The notes beneath the pieces are model-generated. The model had not been told where the DNA came from. It ran no database searches and saw nothing but the letters and a program-made list of their open reading frames with translations. 64,000 bases of DNA, from the NCBI GenBank assembly GCA_001563335.1, contig LRSL01000076.1, forward strand, positions 5,325 to 69,324, given 5' to 3'. Numbering within the stretch: the first letter of the stretch is position 1; each line of letters starts with the position of its first letter. Below, in pieces: positions 27,045-36,999 of the stretch. Source of the stretch: Candidatus Thorarchaeota archaeon SMTZ1-45 (lineage in GTDB: Archaea > Asgardarchaeota > Thorarchaeia > Thorarchaeales > Thorarchaeaceae). Position numbers and translations under genes: made by a program.

Positions 27045-29899
27045 CAGGCTATATCAGTGTTCGTAAAGCTGAAGAACACAACCTCAAGTCAATTGATGTA
27101 GACATCCCGAGAGACCGCCTTGTAGTTGTAACCGGCCCAAGTGGGTCTGGGAAGTCCACCCTCGTCCTGGATACAATCTTTGCAGAGGGGCAGAGGAGGT
27201 ATGTTGAGAGTCTTAGCTCCTATGCTAGAAGATTTCTAGGTCGGCTCGATAAACCGAAGGTTGAGAAGATTACAGGTCTTCCTCCAGCTATTTCAATTGA
27301 ACAGAAGGGCAGAACAAAGAACCCCCGGTCAACAGTTTCAACAAGCACAGAGATTCATGACTATCTCAGGCTGCTCTATGCGAACATAGGAATTGCTCAT
27401 TGCGTGGAATGCGGTCTTCCTATGGAACAACTCACTGCTGAGTCTGCAGCACGACTTCTCCTTGATGAAAATGGTGGGCAACGAATTCACATCCTCGCAC
27501 CTGTCGTCTGCGGCGAGGTTGGAAAACATGAGGAATGCCTAGAAGGGCTTCACAAGAACGGATTTGTGCGTGTCCGTGTTGATGGAGAGATTATGGACAT
27601 CGACCAGGTCGATCTTGATGCCAGGAAGAAGCATGATATTGATGTTGTTGTTGACAGGCTTGAGTTGAATCAAAAGAATCGAGAGCGCTTGATTGGCTCA
27701 CTAGAAACCGCTCTCGAAACAGGTGATGGTAGAGCGATTATTTCACGAGAAGGCACAGATGACTTGACCTTTGCTGAGCAGTTGATGTGTCCAAAGTGCG
27801 GTATACAATATGAGAAGTTGGGTCCAAAGGCGTTCTCTTTCAACAGACCTGATGGCGCATGCCCTGTCTGCAATGGCCTTGGAGTGACAATGTCTATCGA
27901 TCCTGACCTCATAATTCCCGACAACGATATGACAATCCATGAGATTAGTCGACGTATCAATGCCGGAGAACGTTCTTGGTGGACTGAACGAATTGATGCA
28001 CTAGGCGAGCTTCTCGGATTCTCTATAGAACACCGATTTAGTGAGCTCGATGCAGCTCAAGCCGAAGCTCTTATCTGGGGGCGTCCTGAGTACACTCTCC
28101 ATTATATCCATCAGGGTGATGAGTCGACCTGGGAGATTACAAGAAGATGGTATGGTATTGTTCCATGGCTTGAACGAATGTTTGACCGAGGTAAGAGTAG
28201 TGAAAAAGCATACCAACGCTGGTGGGCGAATCGTATTGCGAACGAATTTTCTCGAAAGACTAACTGCGAGGCTTGCAATGGCAGAAAGCTCAAGCCTGAG
28301 AGTCTTGCTGTGACTGTTGCTGGTAAGTCAATTGACGAAATCGCATCCATGACCATTGAAGGAGCGGCTGAGTTCTTCAGGAACATCTCACTGACTGAAC
28401 GAGAGTTCAAGATAGCTGAACTTGTACTAAAGGAGATACGAGCACGTCTCAATTTTCTCCTTGCTGTTGGCCTTGACTACCTTAGTCTTGACAGAGCATC
28501 CATGACACTATCAGGTGGAGAGAGCCAAAGGATCCGACTGGCTACACAGATTGGCTCTGCTCTTACAGGAGTTCTATACTGTCTCGATGAACCTTCAATT
28601 GGGCTCCACCCCCGTGATATTGGCAAGCTCATTGAAACCTTCTATCACTTGAGGTCTCTTGGCAACACTGTGGTGGTCATTGAGCACGACAGAGACACAA
28701 TCACAGCAGCGGATCACCTCATCGACCTAGGTCCTCTTGCAGGAGTGAATGGCGGGCAACTTGTTGCTGAAGGCTCCCCGACGAAGGTCCTTGCTGATCC
28801 GAAATCCTTGACAGCTCAATATCTTGCTGGAACTAAGCAGATTCCAATACCTGAGAAAAGGCGTCAAGGGAATGGTCAGAAAATCATAGTTCATGGAGCA
28901 CGTGTTAATAATCTCAAGAATATCGATGTAGACTTCCCTCTTGGCACAATGATTTGTGTATCTGGAGTGTCAGGTGCAGGCAAGAGTTCCTTAACCTATG
29001 AAACCCTCTACAAAGCTTTAGCCCAGAAAATCAATAAGGCAAGCATGGTCCCCGGCGATCACGATACAATCGATGGTATTGATTACATTGATAGAATAAT
29101 CCTCGTAGACCAGTCACCCATAGGACGAACACCTCGTAGTAATCCTGCGACTTATACTAGGACCTTTGGTGAAATCCGAGAGCTTTTTGCAAAGATGCCT
29201 GAAGCGAAGAAACGAGGTTTCGGTCCTGGACGTTTCAGCTTCAACACAAGAGATGGTCGATGCGAAAAGTGCAAGGGCAGTGGAGTCCTCCAAGTAGAGA
29301 TGCACTTTATGTCAGATGTTTTCATGACCTGTGATGTCTGCAAGGGTGACCGCTTTGACAGAGAAACCCTGGAGGTGACATATAAAGGAAAGAACATCAC
29401 TCAGGTACTTGAACTGACAATTGATGAAGCTCTGGAGTTCTTTGGTGACATACCAAAGATTGCAGATCGACTCCAGACCTTGGTTGATGTTGGGCTCGGA
29501 TATCTCCAGCTTGGGCAACCCGCAACCACACTGTCAGGGGGAGAAGCACAACGAATGAAACTGGCTGCAGAACTCGCACGAAAAGCCACTGGAAACACAC
29601 TCTACATTATGGATGAGCCTTCCACTGGACTCTCAGCTTCAGATGTGCATGTTCTGTTGGGAGTTGTTAACCGTTTAGTCGATGCTGGCAATACGATTGT
29701 GATAGTCGAACACAACCTCGAGATTGTCAAGACTGCAGACTGGGTCATTGATCTGGGTCCTGATGGTGGCGATGGTGGAGGTGAAGTTGTAGCTCAAGGT
29801 CCTCCCGAAGCGATTAGTGAGGTTTGGAAATCATACACAGGTAACCATTTGCGAGCCGCACTTTTTGGTCCAAATGTTCGATATGGTTCTTTGAGCTAA
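27041..29899 (+). CDS. uvrA: Excinuclease ABC subunit A paralog (full-length), copy 2
   Basis: ATGA start/stop overlap with copy 1. Motifs: GPSGSGKST/LSGGESQRIRLA/LDEPSIGLH and GVSGAGKSS/LSGGEAQRMKLA/MDEPSTGLS. The Zn modules are conserved (CVECG, CPKCG..CPVC, CEAC, CEKC..CDVC). Confidence 0.95.
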   Translation: MTGYISVRKAEEHNLKSIDVDIPRDRLVVVTGPSGSGKSTLVLDTIFAEGQRRYVESLSSYARRFLGRLDKPKVEKITGLPPAISIEQKGRTKNPRSTVSTSTEIHDYLRLLYANIGIAHCVECGLPMEQLTAESAARLLLDENGGQRIHILAPVVCGEVGKHEECLEGLHKNGFVRVRVDGEIMDIDQVDLDARKKHDIDVVVDRLELNQKNRERLIGSLETALETGDGRAIISREGTDDLTFAEQLMCPKCGIQYEKLGPKAFSFNRPDGACPVCNGLGVTMSIDPDLIIPDNDMTIHEISRRINAGERSWWTERIDALGELLGFSIEHRFSELDAAQAEALIWGRPEYTLHYIHQGDESTWEITRRWYGIVPWLERMFDRGKSSEKAYQRWWANRIANEFSRKTNCEACNGRKLKPESLAVTVAGKSIDEIASMTIEGAAEFFRNISLTEREFKIAELVLKEIRARLNFLLAVGLDYLSLDRASMTLSGGESQRIRLATQIGSALTGVLYCLDEPSIGLHPRDIGKLIETFYHLRSLGNTVVVIEHDRDTITAADHLIDLGPLAGVNGGQLVAEGSPTKVLADPKSLTAQYLAGTKQIPIPEKRRQGNGQKIIVHGARVNNLKNIDVDFPLGTMICVSGVSGAGKSSLTYETLYKALAQKINKASMVPGDHDTIDGIDYIDRIILVDQSPIGRTPRSNPATYTRTFGEIRELFAKMPEAKKRGFGPGRFSFNTRDGRCEKCKGSGVLQVEMHFMSDVFMTCDVCKGDRFDRETLEVTYKGKNITQVLELTIDEALEFFGDIPKIADRLQTLVDVGLGYLQLGQPATTLSGGEAQRMKLAAELARKATGNTLYIMDEPSTGLSASDVHVLLGVVNRLVDAGNTIVIVEHNLEIVKTADWVIDLGPDGGDGGGEVVAQGPPEAISEVWKSYTGNHLRAALFGPNVRYGSLS

Positions 29900-31755
29900 T
29901 CTTGCTCTCTAATTTTGAAACGAATCATCTCTGCTACCATCACAAAAATCACTGCAGATGAAAATCCTACCACTAGTGTTGTTATCGGAGCGATAAGATT
30001 CATTTGTTCACCATTTGATGTAGTATTTTGGGTTATGACTGGATGGTCTGTTGTAAGCGGTTCAAAGTATGCAAACTCCGTGTTGGTTGTGAGCTGGTAA
30101 AACTCTCCAACCTCAAAGTCATGAAGTTCAAACGGACCTGATGTCACATGAGGTTCTAGTTCATTAAACACAGGGTTCCAAGTATTCCATTCATCATATC
30201 TAATGTTAGCTATAAAGATGTGCTTTGGTATGATATACTGGTAGGCAAAATGTGAGAAATGCCAGTACGACTCGGTGAAGAACTCTATTACAAACCTGTA
30301 TGGATTTGGCGCAAGGGCTGTTACGATGTTCCCCAATTTGTCAGCTGCAGGATTTCCATAAGCACCAGACTCAATGATGTAGGTCATAGTATAAGCCACA
30401 TCTTCTGCTGTCAAAGGCACCCCATCACTCCAGGTGGCATTCCTAATGATGTCGATGGTGAATCGAGTATGCCCTTCTCGTACTTGGGGATTATCTGAAT
30501 GAGTTTCTTTGAGCATCTTTTCAGCAATATAGGGATAGGGTGTCAAGTCCGGAGCATACGAGTATAGTGAAGGCCAGAGCTCGCAAAGTATGGAAGTTGA
30601 TGTCGGATTCGAAGTGACCCAGAAGTTGCTCTCTGCCCAATAAGAGGTGCCTATTTGAACAATACCTCCTCGGGTGCCATCAAGCTTGTGGATTTTCCTC
30701 AAAGTCCAGGGACCAGAGATTTGTCTCAAGAGGTCTGGAACATGACCTGTGAATCTATCGTTTCTATAAGCTTGCATGTATATGTTCTCATATACAACAA
30801 GTCGAGGTACATTGTAGTGCAATATTTTCTGCATCTCTAGTGCGGCTTCGTATACTTCTTCGTAGGTTGCACTGTATAGAAGCCTGTCCCGCAAGTTGTC
30901 GTAGGTTGTATTCCTGAAGTTACATTGATTCTTGCCACGAACACCAACTGACTCCCCCCAGAATTCATCCATCAGCCATTCAATATCATCATCATAAAAG
31001 CTATGTCCAAAAAAGACCATGTCGTAGGAGTAGCGGTATGAACCCCATGCGTCAATCCAACTGAAATCAACTTCATGTGCCCTCGAATCAATATGTAGTG
31101 ATTGAAGAGCTTCCACGCCTAACTGTGCTATTGGTCCTCCAAACCGAGACCCCCAATGGTAGTCTATTGAGATGTCGAATGCTGATCCTTCTGGAGTCAG
31201 TCTATATCCGGTTCCGGGGTCAATAGTGAAATTCAAGCTATCAAGAATCTGATTGCCAAGATCTGATTGATTCGTGTAGTAGTGCCATGCGAATTCATTC
31301 TCTGCACACCAAGTATTAACCTGCGGAACAAGAGAATCATGCTCAATTGAATAACCTTCAAACAAATCGGTGACTGCGGTCTTGTCAAAGGCATATGCAA
31401 ATGCACGTCTAAAACCACTAATATTCAATGGATACTTGGCGCAGTTTATAGTTATAGAACCATAACCATTTCTCAAATAGCTGTAAATGTCTATATCAGG
31501 ATCGTTATCTAATGAGGAATAGTAGTAGATTGGATCTATGTATCCAAGATTCATATCAATCGATCCAGTCAGGAGCTCAGACACAATCCTCTCTTGACCA
31601 AGTATTTTATAGATTATATTGTTCACATATGGTCCATTGTTCAAGTTACTAAATTGTTCAGACAAAGCGACTGAGAGATTAGGATATAGCGTCGATGATG
31701 ACACAAGCACAATGAGCGACAATGGGATGACCCACTGCTTTCTCAACTTTCTCAC
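29896..31755 (-). CDS. Family-5 (Opp/Dpp-type) ABC substrate-binding protein with N-terminal signal and C-terminal TM anchor
   Basis: 619 aa with an SBP_bac_5-like layout (GYGSITINCAKYPLN..., YMQAYRND...). C-terminal hydrophobic helix LVVGFSSAVIFVMVAEMI followed by basic residues. No permease or ATPase genes are adjacent. Confidence 0.8.
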   Translation of the reverse strand: MRKLRKQWVIPLSLIVLVSSSTLYPNLSVALSEQFSNLNNGPYVNNIIYKILGQERIVSELLTGSIDMNLGYIDPIYYYSSLDNDPDIDIYSYLRNGYGSITINCAKYPLNISGFRRAFAYAFDKTAVTDLFEGYSIEHDSLVPQVNTWCAENEFAWHYYTNQSDLGNQILDSLNFTIDPGTGYRLTPEGSAFDISIDYHWGSRFGGPIAQLGVEALQSLHIDSRAHEVDFSWIDAWGSYRYSYDMVFFGHSFYDDDIEWLMDEFWGESVGVRGKNQCNFRNTTYDNLRDRLLYSATYEEVYEAALEMQKILHYNVPRLVVYENIYMQAYRNDRFTGHVPDLLRQISGPWTLRKIHKLDGTRGGIVQIGTSYWAESNFWVTSNPTSTSILCELWPSLYSYAPDLTPYPYIAEKMLKETHSDNPQVREGHTRFTIDIIRNATWSDGVPLTAEDVAYTMTYIIESGAYGNPAADKLGNIVTALAPNPYRFVIEFFTESYWHFSHFAYQYIIPKHIFIANIRYDEWNTWNPVFNELEPHVTSGPFELHDFEVGEFYQLTTNTEFAYFEPLTTDHPVITQNTTSNGEQMNLIAPITTLVVGFSSAVIFVMVAEMIRFKIREQD

Positions 31756-31871
31756 CCTCGTCCACTCTTATTATGTATTCATTCTCCTAAAACTTCTTTG
31801 AATCAATCAAAAATGGTTTTCAAATGCCCTTTTTTTGGGGGGATCATGTATAGCCTTATGCTCTGGTGAAT

Positions 31872-32516
31872 TCATAATTTTACAGCAATAGTGCAACCTT
31901 CACCAATTGGAAGAATCGTGCTGATTGTATTTAGTTTCAGTAAGTTTCTGTTGAACTTGTCAATTGCTCTATCAGATTCATTCCACCTATCCGGATGTCT
32001 TATGACAGGAAACAGCGTATCATCTATGAGAAAGAGTCCTCCCTTTTTCAATACCCTAATACAGTCTTCAAGCATGACAGGGTAGAGGCGCTTTGAAGAA
32101 TCTTGGAAGACAACATCGAATGTTTCAGAGTCCATCTTGGAGATGATTTCTCTTGCATCACCAAGGACAATCTCAATGATATCCGACACACCCTCTCTCT
32201 CAAAGCCCCTTCGGGCTGTTTCAACTATTGACTCATCAATCTCAATCGTAGTCACAGTTCCACCAAATCTCTCCGCTGCAAGTGCCAAGACTGTTGTCGA
32301 AAAACCAATGCTCATCCCAATTTCTAAGATCTTCTTTGGTTTAGTGAGATTCAGAAGTAATTTGAAGAGTCGAGATATCTCATCTTCAATCACTGGTTCG
32401 AAGCTTTCAAGACCTGTGGCTTCTGCATAATCTTGCATCCTTGGTCTGTCTGTTTCTTTGTAAATTTCATCAACATAATCCAAGGCCTTTTGACAATCAA
32501 AGGGTACTTCGCTCAT
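31872..32516 (-). CDS. Class I SAM-dependent O-methyltransferase (caffeoyl-CoA OMT / YrrM-like)
   Basis: ILEIGMSIGFSTTVLA (motif I), TIEID, FDVVFQDSSKRLYP, GGLFLIDDTLF. Confidence 0.85.
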   Translation of the reverse strand: MSEVPFDCQKALDYVDEIYKETDRPRMQDYAEATGLESFEPVIEDEISRLFKLLLNLTKPKKILEIGMSIGFSTTVLALAAERFGGTVTTIEIDESIVETARRGFEREGVSDIIEIVLGDAREIISKMDSETFDVVFQDSSKRLYPVMLEDCIRVLKKGGLFLIDDTLFPVIRHPDRWNESDRAIDKFNRNLLKLNTISTILPIGEGCTIAVKL

Positions 32517-32611
32517 GCAAGAATGTCACGAGTGCTCCCTTAAGTGAATTAGGAAAGGTCTGTCTTGAAATTCAAAAAAGGAAAATTGTATAGAAACGCG
32601 CCATCCACTTT

Positions 32612-32633
32612 CGATTTGTCGAACGATTTGTCG
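32612..32633. repeat. Tandem direct repeat CGATTTGTCG-aa-CGATTTGTCG in a divergent promoter region
   Basis: Two identical 10-mers with a 12-nt period. They lie about 100 nt upstream of the minus-strand OMT start (32516), in the 388-bp divergent region. Confidence 0.35.
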
Positions 32634-32904
32634 GATTATCTACAGGCTTTTTCAAGATGTACAATGATTAAGTGATACCATATTTCCAATTTATTAAAAA
32701 TAAGAAATAAAACCATCAAAAATGACTATATGGGACATAATAAATAATTAAATTATATAAAAGGGATTATTGCCGTTCTTTTTGGGCGATATTAATATGC
32801 GAATACAATACGCACACGGTATATAACGGCTTCTCGAACAATCGTTTATGGTTGTGTCTCTCTGACAACCAGTTCGCACTGTCCGCCGGGAGGACACTGG
32901 ACTA

Positions 32905-33420
32905 ATGATACAACGAAAGGAGTCTTCTGACTCAACGCCTACAATGGCTTCAACGACAAAGACATCGAGTGCGATATACGAAGCAGACCTCAGAACGAGA
33001 TTAGCTACTTTTCCACGGGATGTGCTCGCTTGGTTTGCTTTGGGACGATACCTACGTTCCGTAGGTCGACTCAGGGAAGCAGAAGATGCACTTCGAAAAG
33101 CGGTTGCTATCAATCCCAAGCCTATGCCATTTTGGGAAGAGCTTGCCTTGACCCTAGTGGATCTAGGACGGATTGATGAGGCTTATGCCATATGCGACAA
33201 GAACTTACGTAGGAACGATGACTCGATTCAGAAGAGAGTTGCTGAATTAAGAAGATTAGAGAGGTCCGCTGATACACAATATCCAGCTGAGACCTCCCCC
33301 TGCGTCGCATGTCCAGAGTACACCTATTATGGATGCTCAAGAGGAGCAGAATGCGATGCAATTGTTCGTTGGCGGTCTGCCATGGCAAACATTATGCCAA
33401 GTACAAAAGATCGTACTTGA
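32905..33420 (+). CDS. TPR-like protein with a Cys-rich C-terminus
   Basis: AWFALGRYLRSVGRLREAEDALRKAVAINP is TPR-like. C-terminus CVACPEYTYYGCSRGAEC. ATG at 32944 is an alternative start. Confidence 0.55.
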   Translation: MIQRKESSDSTPTMASTTKTSSAIYEADLRTRLATFPRDVLAWFALGRYLRSVGRLREAEDALRKAVAINPKPMPFWEELALTLVDLGRIDEAYAICDKNLRRNDDSIQKRVAELRRLERSADTQYPAETSPCVACPEYTYYGCSRGAECDAIVRWRSAMANIMPSTKDRT

Positions 33421-33510
33421 GAAATCGACTTCTATCTCATGAGTACCTTCCGAATGACTGATTTATGGTAACCTTATCTGGGAGTTGAAAGCATAGACAG
33501 TTGATGGCTG

Positions 33511-35322
33511 ATGTCTGATCTCAAGTCCTTGGTCGAAGACCTTCCAGATTCTCCCGGAGTCTACCTCTGGAAGAACGAGAAAGGCAAGATTCTATACATT
33601 GGAAAGGCCAAGTTCCTGAGAAAGCGTGTTGGGTCATATATGAGAAAGACAGGTCTTTATCGTCGGATATGGGATATGATGCAAGAAGCACGAGACCTTG
33701 AAACTATTCTCACAAACACTGAACGAGAAGCACTAGTCCTTGAACAGACCCTCATCAAGAAGCACCAACCAAAGTACAACATTGCTTTGAAAGATGATAG
33801 ACGACATGCATGGGTTAGAGTTGATCTCTCTAGACCAATTCCAACATTTGAGATAACTCGCGAAGCACAGAAAGACGGTGCGAATTATTACGGGCCTTAT
33901 GGTAGTACGAAACGACTTGAGCGATTCTTGGACACTATTAGAAAATCCATACCCATCGCCATGTGTAAAGAGCCTGCGAAGGTAAAACGCGAATGCATGG
34001 ATTATCATCTGGACCGGTGCTCTGGACCATGCAAGGAACATGTACCGTTAGCTGAATATCGCTCCCTAGTTGAACAGATGTGTTACTATCTCGAAGGCCG
34101 CCCTGCGGACCTTATCAAGATCCTTAGGACTGAGATGAGTAGCGCATCCGAAGAAATGAACTTTGAGAAGGCTGCTGAACTCCGTGACAGATTGGCAGAC
34201 CTTGAGATTCTCATGAGTAGGCAAAAAGTCGTTGAATTTGAAGGTGCAAATAGAGATGTCCTTGGAATCTCTCGGACAGAACAGGCAGCTCTTATTGAGA
34301 TGTTGATTGTTCGAAATGGAAGATTGATTGGGCATGATAATTTCTATTTCGAAGTGGATCTTGATACGAAAGATACAGAGGTGCTAACAGCTTTTGTTGA
34401 ACAATTCTACTTTACAATTCCACGATTGCCAGAGGAAATAGTTCTTCCATGTGAAATTCCAGAGGCAAAGCAACTCAGTCTTTGGTTAAGTGAAGCAAAT
34501 GGACATCCTGTTAGAATTACTGTTGCTGAAGATGACAGAGGACAAGATCTCGTTGATATGGCCAATAAGAATGCGCATAGAGCTCTCCGAAAAATGTTAA
34601 TTATTGGAGATAGTGAGGATGAGATAGTCCATGAAGGAGTCAAGGAGCTGAAAGAGGCTCTAGGCTTGACTCAAGCTCCTATGCGAATTGAAGGATTTGA
34701 CATAGCCAACATTCAAGGAACCGATCCAACTGGTTCATGCGTCGTCTTTAAGAATGGTGAGCCCTACAATAAACGATATCGTATGTTTAAGGTTCGAGTG
34801 AAAGAAACTCCTGATGATTATACAATGATGCGTGAGGTTGTATACCGTCGCTATTATGGTGTACTTGAGCGACGTGATGTACTTCCGGATTTGATACTAA
34901 TTGATGGAGGAAAAGGACAGCTCAAAATGGCTTTGGAAGCTCTCGAAGAACTTGGTCTTGATTATCTACCAGTAGTAGCGCTTGCGAAGAGGGAGGAGAT
35001 ATTATACACTCGTGATAATACAGAAGGAATTCATCTCGATGATGGTTCTGAAGGACTACATCTTGTCCAGCGAATTCGGGACGAAGCACATCGCTTTGCA
35101 CAGAAATATCATCACAAACTAAGAGAGAAAAGATTCACTGGATCTATCCTTGAAGAAGCTCCTGGAATTGGACCGAAAAGAAGATCTGCACTACTTCAAG
35201 AGTTTGGAAGTTTTGAAAAGGTAAAGGAAGCCACTGTCGAACAGCTTGCCCAAGTAGATGGGATGTCAGAAAAGGCGGCTCGTACCCTTAGAGAATGGCT
35301 CGATAATGATGAGGGAAATTGA
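33511..35322 (+). CDS. uvrC: Excinuclease ABC subunit C
   Basis: GIY-YIG N-terminus (PGVYLWKN..GKILYIGKA), UVR domain (FEKAAELRDRL), an endonuclease V-like/RNase H-like region, and a C-terminal (HhH)2 (GIGPKRRSALLQEFGS...). Confidence 0.95.
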   Translation: MSDLKSLVEDLPDSPGVYLWKNEKGKILYIGKAKFLRKRVGSYMRKTGLYRRIWDMMQEARDLETILTNTEREALVLEQTLIKKHQPKYNIALKDDRRHAWVRVDLSRPIPTFEITREAQKDGANYYGPYGSTKRLERFLDTIRKSIPIAMCKEPAKVKRECMDYHLDRCSGPCKEHVPLAEYRSLVEQMCYYLEGRPADLIKILRTEMSSASEEMNFEKAAELRDRLADLEILMSRQKVVEFEGANRDVLGISRTEQAALIEMLIVRNGRLIGHDNFYFEVDLDTKDTEVLTAFVEQFYFTIPRLPEEIVLPCEIPEAKQLSLWLSEANGHPVRITVAEDDRGQDLVDMANKNAHRALRKMLIIGDSEDEIVHEGVKELKEALGLTQAPMRIEGFDIANIQGTDPTGSCVVFKNGEPYNKRYRMFKVRVKETPDDYTMMREVVYRRYYGVLERRDVLPDLILIDGGKGQLKMALEALEELGLDYLPVVALAKREEILYTRDNTEGIHLDDGSEGLHLVQRIRDEAHRFAQKYHHKLREKRFTGSILEEAPGIGPKRRSALLQEFGSFEKVKEATVEQLAQVDGMSEKAARTLREWLDNDEGN

Positions 35323-35417
35323 TGCATTATTCGCTGTCCGACAGAATGATATACAGGCATGACATCATATTCTCCATATTTAATCTATGAAACTATAATC
35401 ACTGGAGAACACTTCAA

Positions 35418-35657
35418 ATGCCCATCAAAGTATTCCTAGCTGTTGTAACAAAATCTGGCAAGGAAAAAGAAGTTCAAAAGAATCTAAGGGCGATTGATGA
35501 AGTTACGCTTGCATGCACTGTTTCTGACGGGATGTTTGATGTAGTAGCTATGATTGAAGTCCCAACACTTGATGAATATCGAACTTTTTCTATTGACAAA
35601 GTGAGTGCAGTGCCCAACATAGTCGATTATACATCATTCATTATTATGGATCAGTAG
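35418..35657 (+). CDS. Stand-alone Lrp/AsnC-type ligand-binding (RAM) domain protein
   Basis: 79 aa with a beta-alpha-beta-beta-alpha-beta pattern (VFLAVVTKSGKEKEV...DVVAMIEVPTLDEYRTF...) typical of the AsnC C-terminal domain. No HTH. Confidence 0.7.
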   Translation: MPIKVFLAVVTKSGKEKEVQKNLRAIDEVTLACTVSDGMFDVVAMIEVPTLDEYRTFSIDKVSAVPNIVDYTSFIIMDQ

Positions 35658-36999
35658 TTCCAATCTCACCATTTAGCCAATCAACATACGCTTTGTTCCG
35701 CTTTCTTCCATAGACAAGGAACACCAAAAAACCAATTGCTGTCAGAATCCCACCCAACTGTAAAACAAAATAATCCAATGATGGAATAAGAAGCAGACAA
35801 ATGATACAACCAATCAATGGAATTGTTGGAAAGAAAGGTGCCTTGAATGTTCCGGGAACGCTGAGTCCTTTTCTGCGAAGTATAATGACAGCAAAATTCA
35901 CCATGGCTTGCGCAATAAGGTATCCAAAGACAGCGAGCTGAGCCACTAACACAACATCAGCAGTCAATGCAAAAAGTGATACTAGAATTAGAACTAGAAC
36001 CAAGGCAGGAATTGGAGTTTTCAATCGCTTATTTACTCGATTGAAAGACTTTGGAAGGAAACGGTCTCTTCCCATCGAATAGACAATTCTTGCGCCCGCT
36101 AGAAATGTTGCATTCAAAGCAGCATAGTTCGATGCTGCCATACCCGCCAAACCTAGCACAAGCGCATTGGGTCCTAACATGACAGCAAAGACATCAGCTA
36201 TGGGTGTGAATGTTTCTGCAACTGCGGTAAATGGAACAACACCGACAATTACCAATGATGCAGCCATGTAGACTCCTGTGCCTATTGCTACAGTGAGGAA
36301 TATGGCCCTGGGGACATTCTTTGCAGGCTTCTTAATCTCCTCAGAAGCAGAAGTAACAAGCTCAAACCCTACAAATGAAATGTAGATGAATGCCACTGTA
36401 GACATGAACTCCAGAAATCCTGCACTCTCAGCAAAGATTGGTATCAGATTCGATGAATCTATGAACAACAAGCCTACAGCTACAAAGGTGAAGAGGATTA
36501 TTGCTTGCACAATGTTCAGAATGCTTAGAACACCTGACACACTCTTCACACTGATTAGATTTGTCACAAATGTGACTCCAATTATTACTAACGCAATCAG
36601 TGCGATATGCTGAACGCCATTTGGAACGAATACAACAAGCGTATGTGCAACAGCTAATGCATATAATCCACAAGCAACTATATTCCCAATCATCAGAAAC
36701 CAACCCGTGAGGAAAGCCGGTAAGCCACCCACTGTATCATGTGCAAATGTATAACCTCCACCCTGTTTTGGAATAGAACTAGCAATCTCTGCATAGTTAA
36801 CAGCGGTAAACATTGCTAGAACTCCAGTGAAGAAATACGCAAAGACTAGCGCAGGACCGATGATTCCTGCAGCTGCTCCAGAGATGACGTAGATACCTCC
36901 GCCAAGCATCGCGCCTAGTCCAATGTTTGTTGCACCAATAAGACCAAGATGTCGACCAAACTTGCCACTCGCTCGTTTGTCACTGCTGGTCTCTGTCAA
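35644..36999 (-). CDS. APC-superfamily amino acid permease
   Basis: About 12 TM segments. N-terminal GLIGATNIGLGAMLGGGIYVISG is the APC signature. The 3' end overlaps the RAM-domain gene by 14 nt (convergent). Confidence 0.85.
   Translation of the reverse strand: MTETSSDKRASGKFGRHLGLIGATNIGLGAMLGGGIYVISGAAAGIIGPALVFAYFFTGVLAMFTAVNYAEIASSIPKQGGGYTFAHDTVGGLPAFLTGWFLMIGNIVACGLYALAVAHTLVVFVPNGVQHIALIALVIIGVTFVTNLISVKSVSGVLSILNIVQAIILFTFVAVGLLFIDSSNLIPIFAESAGFLEFMSTVAFIYISFVGFELVTSASEEIKKPAKNVPRAIFLTVAIGTGVYMAASLVIVGVVPFTAVAETFTPIADVFAVMLGPNALVLGLAGMAASNYAALNATFLAGARIVYSMGRDRFLPKSFNRVNKRLKTPIPALVLVLILVSLFALTADVVLVAQLAVFGYLIAQAMVNFAVIILRRKGLSVPGTFKAPFFPTIPLIGCIICLLLIPSLDYFVLQLGGILTAIGFLVFLVYGRKRNKAYVDWLNGEIGTTDP

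Noticed and set aside
24548-29600. About 17 ORFs of 63-130 aa, mostly on the minus strand, inside uvrA1/uvrA2 (e.g. 24548-24913, 25814-26206, 28111-28452; 28041-28313 is + strand in an alternative frame).
   Set aside because: They are shadow frames of very confidently assigned genes, with Ser/Arg/Pro-rich translations and no motifs.
32748-33119. 123-aa minus-strand ORF spanning the divergent promoter and the start of the TPR gene.
   Set aside because: It begins in extreme AT-rich non-coding DNA, is antisense to a TPR-patterned ORF, and has no recognisable features.
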